Shown: one piece after another, positions 48,163 through 58,249 of the stretch
Position numbering within the stretch: position 1 is the stretch's first letter
Layout: the number at the start of each line of letters is the position of its first letter
From: an uncultured delta proteobacterium
GTDB lineage: Bacteria > Bdellovibrionota > FAC87 > UBA2466
Reading direction: 5' to 3'
DNA: 64,000 nt
Assembly (NCBI GenBank): GCA_963778115.1
Contig: CAVZSV010000004.1
Coordinates: forward strand, 2,272,001-2,336,000
The notes under the pieces: model-generated
Told to the model about the DNA's origin: nothing
The model's database searches: none
Seen by the model: the letters and a program-made list of their open reading frames with translations, nothing else
Program-made: the position numbers and the translations under genes

Positions 48163-48669
48163 ATGGCGATTTTAGAGATTCTTAAATATCCCGACCCCCG
48201 GCTACAGGAGATTTCCGAATCGGTGGAAGAGTTCGATGCACGGCTCCATGAGCTATTGGATTCCATGGCGGAGACGATGTATTCAGCCGATGGAATAGGA
48301 CTGGCAGCGCCTCAAGTGGACCGTTTGGCTCGTATCTTTATCATTGATATCGGTTCTCAGGACGAAAACCACCAGCGTATCTACGAATTTATCAATCCCG
48401 TTCTTTCCAACGGCGAGGGCAAGATCATTTTTGAGGAAGGCTGTTTAAGTGTTCCCGGCATTGCCGAAGAGGTGCAGCGTAAACAGAGTATTACGGTGAA
48501 CTTCCAAGATCGTACGGGAAAGCCGCAAACGATGGAAGCCCAGGGCTTGCTTGCGGTAGCCATCCAGCATGAAAACGATCACTTAGATGGGACCCTCTTC
48601 GTGGATAGGCTTTCGCCGCTCAAGCGCAGATTTGTGAAGCGAAAGCTCTCTAAAGTGGTTACGTTGTAG
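48163..48669 (+). CDS. def: Peptide deformylase
   Basis: GIGLAAPQ, EGCLS, QHENDHLDG. Confidence 0.97.
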   Translation: MAILEILKYPDPRLQEISESVEEFDARLHELLDSMAETMYSADGIGLAAPQVDRLARIFIIDIGSQDENHQRIYEFINPVLSNGEGKIIFEEGCLSVPGIAEEVQRKQSITVNFQDRTGKPQTMEAQGLLAVAIQHENDHLDGTLFVDRLSPLKRRFVKRKLSKVVTL

Positions 48670-48671
48670 GT

Positions 48672-49628
48672 ATGTCACTTCGCTACGTATTTATGGGAAG
48701 TCCGGGATTAGCCGCCACTATCCTAGAGACCCTTTGTACCGAGCTATATCCTCCGGTGGCGGTGGTAACCCAAACCGCTAAAGCTCAGGGGCGCGGCCAT
48801 AAGGTAATCCCTACCGAAGTGGAACGCTTTGCTCGAACGCAAGACCTAAACCTTTTTAGTACCGACGATATCAACGCACCGGCGACGGTGGGAGCCCTGA
48901 AGCCCTTCGATCCCGACCTCATTCTTGTGGCCGCTTTCGGGCAGATTTTTCGTGCTGAGGTTTTAGCCCTTCCCAAAAAATACTGCCTAAATGTTCATGC
49001 CTCCCTCCTGCCCTCTTATAGAGGCGCAGCCCCAGTTCAGCGGGCCATTTGGAACGGTGAAAGGCAGACGGGGGTAACGATTCAAAAGATGGCAAAGAAA
49101 CTCGATGCGGGCGACATCTTGATCCAGAAAACGATTCCTATTCTTCCTGAGGATACCTCTCATGATCTGCTCATAAAATTGGCCCGCCTGGGAGCGGAAG
49201 CTTTGTGCGAATCCGTAAGATTAATCGAATCGGGCAAGGAAACTTTTACGGCGCAAGAGGAGGCCTTGGCGAGCTTTGCCCCTAAGATCGAAAAATCCGA
49301 TAGCCCTTTAGATTGGTCAAAAAGTGCCGAGTCGCTTGGCAATCAGATACGGGCTTTGCAGCCCTGGCCGGTGGCGGAAACTCAATTGGGAAAGGACAGG
49401 CTGCGGGTGTTTAAGGCCAAAGTGGAGCAACGATCTCCACTTCCCAATGCGGCACCCGGCTCGGTATTTACCGACGCAAAGACTTATCTATCGGTCCAGT
49501 GCGGTGACGGAAAGGTCCTCTCCTTGACAGAGATCCAGCTCGAGAATAGAAAAAGACTCGAAATTAATCAGTTTCTGATGGCCTACAGAGGGTCTTTTCC
49601 CTACTCCAGCATGGGTTTCGTGAAATGA
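48672..49628 (+). CDS. fmt: Methionyl-tRNA formyltransferase
   Basis: FMGSP, NVHASLLP.YRGAAP, LDAGD, PWP. Confidence 0.96.
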   Translation: MSLRYVFMGSPGLAATILETLCTELYPPVAVVTQTAKAQGRGHKVIPTEVERFARTQDLNLFSTDDINAPATVGALKPFDPDLILVAAFGQIFRAEVLALPKKYCLNVHASLLPSYRGAAPVQRAIWNGERQTGVTIQKMAKKLDAGDILIQKTIPILPEDTSHDLLIKLARLGAEALCESVRLIESGKETFTAQEEALASFAPKIEKSDSPLDWSKSAESLGNQIRALQPWPVAETQLGKDRLRVFKAKVEQRSPLPNAAPGSVFTDAKTYLSVQCGDGKVLSLTEIQLENRKRLEINQFLMAYRGSFPYSSMGFVK

Positions 49629-50293
49629 GTCTCCCCAAAATAGAAATTGCGCCTTCCCTTTTGGCTTGCGATCTTTCGAAGCTGGGAGAGGAAATTCGTG
49701 CGGTGGAAAAAGCGGGAGTTGACGTGCTTCACTTCGACGTCATGGACGGCCACTTCGTTCCGAATATTACTTTTGGATTTCCCGTGATTCAAAGTGTTCG
49801 AAAAATCACGAAGTTACCCTTTGATGCTCATCTGATGATTGAGGATGCGGATAGGTATTTGGAAGAGTTTCAAAAGGCGGGATGTAATTGGTTGTCGGTT
49901 CATGTGGAGGCGTGTCCCCACATCCAACGCACATTGACTCGCATTCGCGAACTAGGGATGAAAGCCGGTGTGGCCCTCAACCCCGGCACTTCGATAGCGA
50001 CCCTGGACTCGGTTTTGGATTTTTCAGACTATATTCTTGTGATGAGCGTCAATCCCGGCTTCGGCGGCCAGAAGTTTATTTCGACCTCATTCGAAAAAGT
50101 GCGTGAAGTGAAGGTTCGGATTGGAAAGCGTCCCGTTCGTATCCAGATCGATGGAGGGATTAAAGACTTAAACATCGCAGAGGCCGCCGCTAGTGGTGCT
50201 GAAATCATGGTCGTAGGGACAGGCCTTTTTGGAGCGTCGGACTATACCTCCCAGGTGAAGCTGTTAAGAGAAAAAGCGGGAGCTAAGGCGTGA
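49625..50293 (+). CDS. rpe: Ribulose-phosphate 3-epimerase
   Basis: HFDVMDGHFVPN, DAHLM, MSVNPGFGGQ, IDGG. Confidence 0.97.
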   Translation: MSLPKIEIAPSLLACDLSKLGEEIRAVEKAGVDVLHFDVMDGHFVPNITFGFPVIQSVRKITKLPFDAHLMIEDADRYLEEFQKAGCNWLSVHVEACPHIQRTLTRIRELGMKAGVALNPGTSIATLDSVLDFSDYILVMSVNPGFGGQKFISTSFEKVREVKVRIGKRPVRIQIDGGIKDLNIAEAAASGAEIMVVGTGLFGASDYTSQVKLLREKAGAKA

Positions 50294-51807
50294 TCTCTCT
50301 CGACGGCAATTCGCTTACCTTAGAGACGTTCCACGAAATTACCCATAAGGGCGAAAAAGTTTCTTTCGATGAGAAATCGCGCGCGCGCGTTGTCAAATCG
50401 CGGCTGGTTGTTGAAAAAGCGATTCAAAAAGGCGATCGCATCTACAGCATCAATACCGGTTTTGGAATTTTGAGCAAGGTCAGTATTTCCGACAAAGACC
50501 TCAACGAACTTCAAGACAATATCGTGCGCAGTCACTGTGCTTGCGTCGGCGATCCCCATCCCGAAAACGAAGCACGGGGGATTGTACTTCTGCGCGCCAA
50601 TGTCTTGGCCAAGGGATATTCGGGGGTAAGGCCAGAAGTGGTCGATCTATTGGTGGAGATGCTTAATCGAGGCGTGACTCCTGTCATTCCCATGAAAGGC
50701 TCGGTCGGAGCCAGCGGTGATTTAGCTCCCTTGGCCCATTTAGCGGTGGTGCTCATCGGAGAGGGAGAGGCTTTTTTTCAGGGCAATCGGATGACGGGCG
50801 GACAAGCGCTCGAGAAAGCGGGGCTAAAGCCTCTGCGTTTAGCGCCCAAAGAGGGGCTTTCTCTGATTAATGGCACTCAACAAATGACATCCCAGGGATC
50901 GACGACACTTCTGCGTTCGGAAGCTTTGGTGGAATTGGCCGATCTCATCTCAACAGCAACACTTGAGGGAATTTTAGGAAGCCATCGCGCTTATAGTGAT
51001 TGGGTTCAAAAGACTCGTCCTTTCCCTGGACAAATGGCTACGGCCAGACGTCTTAGAAGTTATATGGAAGACAGCGAGATCTATCAAAGTCACCTGACGT
51101 GTGACCGAGTTCAAGATCCATACTCGCTTCGTTGCGTTCCCCAAGTTCATGGCTCCGTCCGCGATTTACTTTTTCACGTGCGCAACGTGCTTTCCATCGA
51201 AATGAATTCCGCCACCGACAATCCCCTGGTTAACGGGGAAACGGGCGAAATTATCTCTGGAGGAAATTTTCACGGTCAGCCTATCGCTTTTGCTTTGGAT
51301 ATTTTGGGGATGGCGGTTGCTGAATTGGCGAGCATATCGGAGCGGCGTATCGTTAAACTTTTGAATCCTGTCTTTAGCGAGCTTCCCACTTTTCTCATCC
51401 GCAATGAAGGATTGAACTCTGGTTTTATGATCCCTCAGTACACGGCGGCGTCGCTGGTCGCGGAAAACCGTATCCTCTGTCATCCGGGCTCCACCGATTC
51501 GATTTCGACCAACAACGACAAAGAAGACCACGTGAGTATGGGTCCCAACTGTGCTCGCAAAGCAAAAATGATTTTAGAAAACACCGAATATGTGTTGGCC
51601 ATTGAGGCGTTAGCAGCCTGTCAGGCGCTGGAATTTCGAAAACCACTAAAACCTGGAAAAGGCCCATCCTATTTGTATCGTGCGATTCGCGAAAAGGTCC
51701 CCGCTCTGGAAAAAGATAGAGTATTGACTCCCGATATCGAAGCGGTCGCTCTGATGATTCGTTCGGGCTCTTTGTACGAAGGGCTTCTCCAGGAAGGGCT
51801 CATCTAA
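50290..51807 (+). CDS. hutH: Histidine ammonia-lyase
   Basis: GSVGASGDLAPL (MIO), KEGLSLING, QDPYSLRC, GGNFHG, EDHVSMG; adjacent to hutI. Confidence 0.94.
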   Translation: MISLDGNSLTLETFHEITHKGEKVSFDEKSRARVVKSRLVVEKAIQKGDRIYSINTGFGILSKVSISDKDLNELQDNIVRSHCACVGDPHPENEARGIVLLRANVLAKGYSGVRPEVVDLLVEMLNRGVTPVIPMKGSVGASGDLAPLAHLAVVLIGEGEAFFQGNRMTGGQALEKAGLKPLRLAPKEGLSLINGTQQMTSQGSTTLLRSEALVELADLISTATLEGILGSHRAYSDWVQKTRPFPGQMATARRLRSYMEDSEIYQSHLTCDRVQDPYSLRCVPQVHGSVRDLLFHVRNVLSIEMNSATDNPLVNGETGEIISGGNFHGQPIAFALDILGMAVAELASISERRIVKLLNPVFSELPTFLIRNEGLNSGFMIPQYTAASLVAENRILCHPGSTDSISTNNDKEDHVSMGPNCARKAKMILENTEYVLAIEALAACQALEFRKPLKPGKGPSYLYRAIREKVPALEKDRVLTPDIEAVALMIRSGSLYEGLLQEGLI

Positions 51808-51810
51808 TTT

Positions 51811-53034
51811 ATGGATCATTCAAATCTTATCGTTTACGAAAATATCACTCAGTGCTTGACCCTGAAAGGGGTCGCCGACAAAAAGGGGCGTCATACCAAA
51901 GAAGAGGATCTCGGCGTTATCAATAATGCGGCTGCTGTCGTCGATGGTGCTAATGACAAATTTGTTTGGATAGGCCCATCTCATGAACTTCCTGCTTTGT
52001 ATAACGATGTCGTAAATCGATACTCCAGCGAAGGAGAAATTTGGCTGCCCGAGTTGGTGGAATGCCATACGCATTTGATCTACGGGGGCACTCGCTATGG
52101 TGACTATGCGGATCGGTGCCGGGGGCGCACGTACCAAGATATTGCGGCCGCTGGTGGTGGGATTCTATCGACGATTCAACATACTCGGAGCGCCGAGCTG
52201 TCTAACCTGAAAGAAGCCGCATTGGCTGAGCTGGAGCGTTTTCAGAAATATGGCGTAGGCGTCGTTGAGATAAAATCCGGATACGGCTTAACTTTAGAGA
52301 GTGAACTTAAGATTCTCGAATGCATTCAGCAACTCAGAGAAGACACTTCGGTTCGGCTGGTCTCTACTTTTATGCCGGCCCATGCCATCCCTCCCGAATT
52401 CAAAGGGCGGGGCGATGCTTATGTGGATGAGATCGTGAGTGAGTGGATCCCTGAAGTAGCGGCAAATAAGGCAGCGGAGTTTTTCGACGTTTTCGTAGAA
52501 GACGGTTTTTTCTCGGTAGATCAGGCTAGAAAACTCTGTACCGCCGCCAAAGAGGCGGGTTTAAAGCTGAAATTACATTGCGATCAGTTTAAGGATATCG
52601 GAGGCGTTTCGCTTTCCCTGGAACTCGGGGCAACGAGTATCGATCATCTGGATAATAGTTCGGACGAGAGTGTCGAATTGGTGGCTAAATCGGACACGGT
52701 CGCCGTTCTTCTTCCAGGGGCTTCTCTATTTACGGGAACCCCCTACGCTCCCGCCAGAAAATTGATCGACGCGGGAGCTAGGGTAGCGCTGTCCACCGAC
52801 TTTAATCCAGGGACAAGCCCCACGCGAAATCTACCGCTCATGACGACAATAGCTTGCAGCCAAATGAAGATGACGGTCGCCGAGGCCATTGCGGGAATCA
52901 CTTACAACGCCGCTGCGGCGTTGGATCTTCAAGACACTTACGGTTCTTTGCAAGTCGGCAGACCTTTTAGAGTTTGCCAGTTGAAAGCAGAGTCGTATGA
53001 GATTTTGCCTTATTCTTTTGGGGAGCTGGAGTAG
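51811..53034 (+). CDS. hutI: Imidazolonepropionase
   Basis: CHTH, GGGILST, EIKSGYGL, STDFNPG. Confidence 0.94.
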   Translation: MDHSNLIVYENITQCLTLKGVADKKGRHTKEEDLGVINNAAAVVDGANDKFVWIGPSHELPALYNDVVNRYSSEGEIWLPELVECHTHLIYGGTRYGDYADRCRGRTYQDIAAAGGGILSTIQHTRSAELSNLKEAALAELERFQKYGVGVVEIKSGYGLTLESELKILECIQQLREDTSVRLVSTFMPAHAIPPEFKGRGDAYVDEIVSEWIPEVAANKAAEFFDVFVEDGFFSVDQARKLCTAAKEAGLKLKLHCDQFKDIGGVSLSLELGATSIDHLDNSSDESVELVAKSDTVAVLLPGASLFTGTPYAPARKLIDAGARVALSTDFNPGTSPTRNLPLMTTIACSQMKMTVAEAIAGITYNAAAALDLQDTYGSLQVGRPFRVCQLKAESYEILPYSFGELE

Positions 53035-53044
53035 ATCAGAAAAA

Positions 53045-53085
53045 TGTCATTGAGGAGCCCGAAGGGCGACGCGGCAACCTGTAGA
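53045..53085. repeat. REP-like dispersed palindromic element
   Basis: TGTCATTGAGGAGCCCGAAGGGCGACGCGGCAACCTGTAGA with internal GCCC-GAA-GGGC hairpin; matches 3647-3670. Confidence 0.6.
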
Positions 53086-53195
53086 TCGTAATTAGCGCGG
53101 ACTTTGGCGGCCATCAAAAAAACTGTCATTAAGGCGGCTACGCCGCTTATCCTTAATTTTAATCTTGAGATGAATCCTTAAGTGAGTAAGTGAGG

Positions 53196-53975
53196 TTACC
53201 AAACGTAATTCGCCTTTAGAAAAAAGATGTGATTCTGGTACCCCTGCCCCAGCCCTATTCCCTCATAAGAATACGTCCCACTCAGATCCCAGTGCTCATT
53301 CAAGCTGGCCCCCACCCACAATCCTAGCGGCACGGTGAACCGTGCATCCCCCACAGGACGCCTTGAATTTTCGAAGAGCTCGACGATAGCTCCCGGCGGA
53401 AGAAAAAAAGTTTGTGAGAGCGACAATGAGAAAAGAGGACGAAGCGCCAAATGGGGATGCACTTGCCATAACGGGCCTAAAGTAACAGCGGACGCCCAGA
53501 GGGCTCCTCCCCCTTGAAATGGAAAGATGGGATTTAAAACGATGTCGGCGTCCAGCGACAGATTGTGAAAGAAGTACTGGCGGCGAAACACGGAAAACGA
53601 CGGGCGAAATTTAAGCCCGCTTTGAGACTGGTAACTGTAACCGGCGAAGAAGGAAAGGCCTACCTCTTGCTCCTCGTTTCGAAGCACCTGGTATCGAATG
53701 CCTGCCGACACTGGAAACACAACCAAGGTCAAGTCACTGTCTAATGGCAAGTCGTAAGCAGGGATGGGAATTCCGAAAGTAAATCCGCTTCCCGTGGGGT
53801 TAATTCCAATTTGTTGGAGGGCCCACGCTTCTGCGGCATGCATTCCCTTGGGAAGCGTATAAGGGCGGTCGATAAAGCTTCTGGAGTAAGGCCTGACCGG
53901 CTCTTCGCTTTTAGCAATCGAAGGAATTAAAAAAAAGGCTGAAAGCAATAAGGCAAGTAGGTAGAGCCGCATCAT
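53196..53975 (-). CDS. Hypothetical outer-membrane beta-barrel-like protein
   Basis: Signal peptide from ATG 53975 (overlaps nadB stop); amphipathic strands; ends LKANYVW. Confidence 0.6.
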   Translation of the reverse strand: MMRLYLLALLLSAFFLIPSIAKSEEPVRPYSRSFIDRPYTLPKGMHAAEAWALQQIGINPTGSGFTFGIPIPAYDLPLDSDLTLVVFPVSAGIRYQVLRNEEQEVGLSFFAGYSYQSQSGLKFRPSFSVFRRQYFFHNLSLDADIVLNPIFPFQGGGALWASAVTLGPLWQVHPHLALRPLFSLSLSQTFFLPPGAIVELFENSRRPVGDARFTVPLGLWVGASLNEHWDLSGTYSYEGIGLGQGYQNHIFFLKANYVW

Positions 53976-55555
53976 ATTTCTAATTCTTCGCGCTGATAAC
54001 AACCCAGAGACTTAGTGTTCTTCTTACACGCATCTAAAATAAGAAGAGCCACTAAAGAGGCGTGACGAAGGCCGATCAAAGCATCACTAAGAGCTGCCTT
54101 ACGGTAGAAGACGTCGATACCGCGGTCAAGCTCGGTTAAAATTCCCTCGGCTCGTTTCAAGCGGGCGTCGGTTTTGATAAGCCCCACATAATTCCACATC
54201 GTGTGTTTGAGGGTTAGCCAGTCCTGGCTCAGAAACGACGGATGACCACGTGCTGTTTCCGATTTCCAACTTTCTATTTCGGGGGCGCACGAACTTGGAC
54301 TGTTCGATTATCATCTCCGCAATCGAAATTCCGCTACGGCTTCCCCAAACCAACCCTTCCAAGAGCGAGGTGCTAGCTAACCGGTTAGCACCATGAAGGC
54401 CGGTGCAAGCAGTCTCCCCCGCGGCCCATAGTCGGGGAATGGAGGTTTTCCTTCTAGATCCGTCCAGACTCCGCCGCAGGCATAGTGGGCGCCCGGCACG
54501 ACTGGGATAGGAGACTTGGTGATGTCGACCCCATATCTGGGACAACTTTGGTGAACAAAAGGAAACCTCTCCGCAATCCATTGGGGGTCTCTGTGGCTAA
54601 TATCCAAATAGACGCAAGAGGCTCCGGTGGAGAGCATCTCTTGGTGAATGCCTTTGGCAACTCTGTCGCGGGGAGCTAGCTCCGGATTGGCAAATTCGGG
54701 AAGATACTTTGAAAGAAATCGTTCCCCTGATTGGTTGATTAGGATGGCCCCTTCTCCGCGCAGGGCCTCTGAAACCAAGAAGCGTCGACTCGCCGGATGG
54801 AAAAAAGTGGTGGGATGAAACTGAATGTACTCTAGATTTTCCAGCCGGCATCCAGCTCTATGGGCAAGAGCGATACCGTCGCCGCGAGAGAATTTACTGT
54901 TGGTGTTATGCAAGTAGAGCTGACCAATCCCCCCTGTGGCTAACATCGTATGGGAAGCATAAACGGGATAGACCTCTTTGGTGCTTTGATCGAAAACAAA
55001 CGCACCAAAACACCGGGCCTTTTCGTGAAGGCGCGATTTATCTTTCGGATGGTAGGACGTCATCAGGAGGTTTACCGCGGTGGTTCGCGGAACCAACTGT
55101 ATTTTGGGGTGCGCCTTACAGGCTTCGAGTAGCCCTATCTCAATCGCTTTTCCCGATTGATCCCCCCAATGCAGAATGCGGGAATTGGTATGGCCGCCTT
55201 CTCGAGTGAGGTGGAGTTTTTCTCCATCGCGGTCAAACGAGACGCGCGCTTTTTGAATTAAAATTTGATCCACCAGTTGCGGTCCCAACTCCACCAGTTG
55301 ACGAACCGCCGGAAGGTAATTGATTTCGCACCCGGCGTGCAGAATATCGTCTACAAGAAGCGGCTTGTCGGCTTCCGGCTCCTCCGATTGGTAAATAACT
55401 CCTCCTTGAGCCCAGTGGGTATTGCTTTCTCCAAGTTCCGGCGCGCAGGAGATGACGGTGACCTCAACTCCGTTTTCGGCGGCAGCCAGTGCCGCTGAAA
55501 GGCCGGCGATTCCGCTTCCTATGACTAAGGCATCGGTTTCGATAAGGTGGCTCAT
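53972..55555 (-). pseudogene. nadB: L-aspartate oxidase, two apparent frameshifts (about 54447 and 54283); probable sequence error
   Basis: [57 protein letters not shown] in a second frame; MWNYVG..SLGCY back in the first frame; next to nadC. Confidence 0.92.
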
Positions 55556-56400
55556 TTTTTCTTAAGTTCAGTGTCGAGCGTTAGATCGAGTGAAGTCACT
55601 GTGTGGGTAAGCCGTCCGACGCTGATATAGTCAACCCCTAAAGCCGCAAGTTCCTTCACTTGTTCTAAGCGGACTCCGCCCGAAACTTCGACTCGACATC
55701 TACGATCGATCAGGTGAAGCGCTTTTTTCATCGCTTCGACAGGCAAGTTATCCAGCATGATGACGTCGGGCAGATCAGGCGAAGTCAGTACCTGCTCTAA
55801 TTGCTCCAGACTCTGGACCTCAATCTCAATGCCATGTAGCGGGGACCGTTGTTTGGCGGCTTGGGCCAAGATCTCAATTTCGCTCGAGAACGCCAAGTGG
55901 TTGTCCTTGATTAAGATTCCATCGCTCAAATTTCGGCGGTGCACCGTTCCTCCTCCGGCACGAACGGCTTGGAGTTGGATCTCTCTTAAACCAGGAAGTG
56001 TCTTTCGGGTGGCCAGGATTTTCGTCTTGTGGGAACCAACTTCGTCTACGAACTGTCGTGTCACAGAAGCAATTCCACACGTGTGCCCTAAGAAGTTAAG
56101 CAGCGTGCGTTCCAAAGAGAGCGTGAGTTTAGCGTCGGCGAAGAAAGTGAGGAGCGGCTCATTCGGAGAGAGGGCATCTCCATCTCTCTTAAGTATATGA
56201 AATTCAATAATATTGTTAAATATCTGCTGAAAGGCCCCTATAATAGCTTCTCCCGAAAACACCCCGGGTTCACGGGTTTTTACCCAGGATTGCGCCGGAA
56301 GTGCGGCGTCCGGCAGTAATCGGCTCGTCACATCATCAGTGAGTTTGTCGACGCTGAGTTCCGTCTTAATGAGTCGAATCGTAGAGAAAGAAACGTTCAT
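55552..56400 (-). CDS. nadC: Quinolinate phosphoribosyltransferase
   Basis: ERTLLN, TRKTLPG, HR, IKDNH, EIEV, IMLDN, EVSGG, VDYISVG. Confidence 0.96.
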   Translation of the reverse strand: MNVSFSTIRLIKTELSVDKLTDDVTSRLLPDAALPAQSWVKTREPGVFSGEAIIGAFQQIFNNIIEFHILKRDGDALSPNEPLLTFFADAKLTLSLERTLLNFLGHTCGIASVTRQFVDEVGSHKTKILATRKTLPGLREIQLQAVRAGGGTVHRRNLSDGILIKDNHLAFSSEIEILAQAAKQRSPLHGIEIEVQSLEQLEQVLTSPDLPDVIMLDNLPVEAMKKALHLIDRRCRVEVSGGVRLEQVKELAALGVDYISVGRLTHTVTSLDLTLDTELKKK

Positions 56401-56457
56401 CCGGACTGGTTATCATAAACCCTCCAGACAAACAAAGGGGCTGGTCAAATGGGGGTT

Positions 56458-57096
56458 TTAGAATCCTCGCCCTATCCAGCTTTGCAGCCGTTTACTTTCA
56501 AATAGGGACCATTCCAAAACCGCAGCAGTGGCGGTGACTGCTAAGCCTCCTAAGATGTCGACAAAGTAGTGCTGTTTGGTAGTCATCGTGGAGATCGCAA
56601 TGGCCAGAGTCCAGAGCCAGAAAGTGATATTAATTCTGCGTCCCAAACGCCGGGACGCCCAAGCAAAGACCCCCGCCTGCGCCACGTGCATACTGGGGAA
56701 ACAGTTGGTCGGCATATCCGCCGTGGCTATCAAATGGAGCAAGGCCTGAATAAAAAATGGCTGCCCGGTAGGGTATTCGGGACGAGGGTAGATGGTCGGG
56801 GCGAAAAAGAAAAAAATTCCGCAAATCACCAGGGCCATAAATGCCATTCGGGTCAATGCATTGAAGTCTTCCAGATTCTTGGTGAGTACGATACCCGTAA
56901 TCGCTAGGGCATAGTCCGACAGATAGATAATAAAAGTCCATGGAAGGAAGGGAACCAACTCATCTATCCCAAGCAAGGGTAAACGCACGGGCGGGAAGAA
57001 CGGCCTAAAGTTGGGTAATAGGTAGAAAAAGGCATAGACCACCGCGAAAAGGCTTAAGAGACGGAGCTTGTGTTTCCACCCACAAGTTGAAGACAT
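56458..57096 (-). CDS. PAP2-superfamily membrane phosphoesterase/transferase
   Basis: YPRP, NCFPSMHV, STMTTKQHYFVDILGG. Confidence 0.88.
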   Translation of the reverse strand: MSSTCGWKHKLRLLSLFAVVYAFFYLLPNFRPFFPPVRLPLLGIDELVPFLPWTFIIYLSDYALAITGIVLTKNLEDFNALTRMAFMALVICGIFFFFAPTIYPRPEYPTGQPFFIQALLHLIATADMPTNCFPSMHVAQAGVFAWASRRLGRRINITFWLWTLAIAISTMTTKQHYFVDILGGLAVTATAAVLEWSLFESKRLQSWIGRGF

Positions 57097-57133
57097 CCGC
57101 CCATCTCATCAAACGGGGCTGCTATCGTCAAAG

Positions 57134-57688
57134 TCATTGTATGGCATGATCGATTTGGGCAACGATTTGAGGGTCCAACCAGTTTCGGGGCCCTTCGTAT
57201 GCTTTAAGGAGCTCGCCACCGGGGCCAATGAGGACTGATACCGGAATGGCGTTGACGTCGTAGGGACGCATGGTTTCTTCGGTGGGTTCTACAAAAACGT
57301 GGCTGGGTAAGGTTCCACTGGCGAGCAGAGGGCCTATCTGGCTCGCTTTCTCTTCCACGTTGATCAAGACCATCATGAAATTGCGGCCGGCGAACTTGGC
57401 TTCCAGCTGCTTAAGTCCTCCCATCTCCTCCATGCAGGGGCCGCACCAACTAGCCCAAAAATTTACCAGAAGCGTCTTTCCCCGGAAATCAGACAGTTTT
57501 GCTGTCTTTCCCGCGGGGTCTTTGAAGACGATATCGGGCGCAATCTTGCCGCCGCCTTTGGACTTTGGGTTCCATACTCTGACAAAAAGTACGGGCGAGA
57601 CAAGCAAGAGGCCTAATAGGACCCAGATGGTCCAGCGTGGGATTCCAGCGGGTGCCTGGGGTGGTGGTGCGGTGTTCTCATTTGCCAT
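57134..57688 (-). CDS. TlpA/ResA-like thiol-disulfide oxidoreductase
   Basis: N-terminal anchor; VNFWASWCGPC; cis-Pro AIP. Confidence 0.9.
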   Translation of the reverse strand: MANENTAPPPQAPAGIPRWTIWVLLGLLLVSPVLFVRVWNPKSKGGGKIAPDIVFKDPAGKTAKLSDFRGKTLLVNFWASWCGPCMEEMGGLKQLEAKFAGRNFMMVLINVEEKASQIGPLLASGTLPSHVFVEPTEETMRPYDVNAIPVSVLIGPGGELLKAYEGPRNWLDPQIVAQIDHAIQ

Positions 57689-57763
57689 TGTCAGCCTCTC
57701 CGGTCTAGATTGGTCCCATTATAACGGAAACGTCAGAAATTGAGAGAGTGAAGAGTTATCCTG

Positions 57764-58249
57764 ATGAACGAAATGACCAAAAAAGCGCTTTATGGCCCGG
57801 TGAAGGTCGGCGGAGACATTCTCTCGTTCTGCACCAAATGCAAGATGGAATTAGCCCATGTTGTGGTTTCCATGATCGATGGACGAGCCGCGAAAGTAAT
57901 CTGCAAGACATGTAAGTCTCAGCATAACCACCGTAAAGGAGGGAGTGCCGAGCCCCGAGCGACTTCATCCCGACAGGGATCGGCAAAGACGCCACGAGTT
58001 CCCGTTTCCGTCATGCGGGTCGCTGAGTTGTGGCAAAAGAAAGTAAACGAAAGCAAAGCTTCGGTTCCGAAACCGTATCAAACGTCGTCAGTTTACATAG
58101 CGGGGGATGCTATCGAGCATCCCAAGTTCGGTCTTGGCATTGTCGAAGAGGTTAAGACCAACGGAAAAATGGTCGTGATCTTCCGTGATGCTGAGCGCGT
58201 TCTTGTACACGCGATGGGAGCTTCCAGTGGCGCCGCCTCCGCCTCCTGA
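57764..58249 (+). CDS. Hypothetical protein: zinc ribbon plus Tudor/SH3-like C-terminus
   Basis: CTKC and CKTC pairs; GDAIEHPKFGLGIV. Confidence 0.7.
   Translation: MNEMTKKALYGPVKVGGDILSFCTKCKMELAHVVVSMIDGRAAKVICKTCKSQHNHRKGGSAEPRATSSRQGSAKTPRVPVSVMRVAELWQKKVNESKASVPKPYQTSSVYIAGDAIEHPKFGLGIVEEVKTNGKMVVIFRDAERVLVHAMGASSGAASAS

Noticed and set aside
53131..53148. GCGGC-TAC-GCCGC hairpin as hutI terminator
   Set aside because: Short stem without a U-tract; more likely part of the local repeat debris
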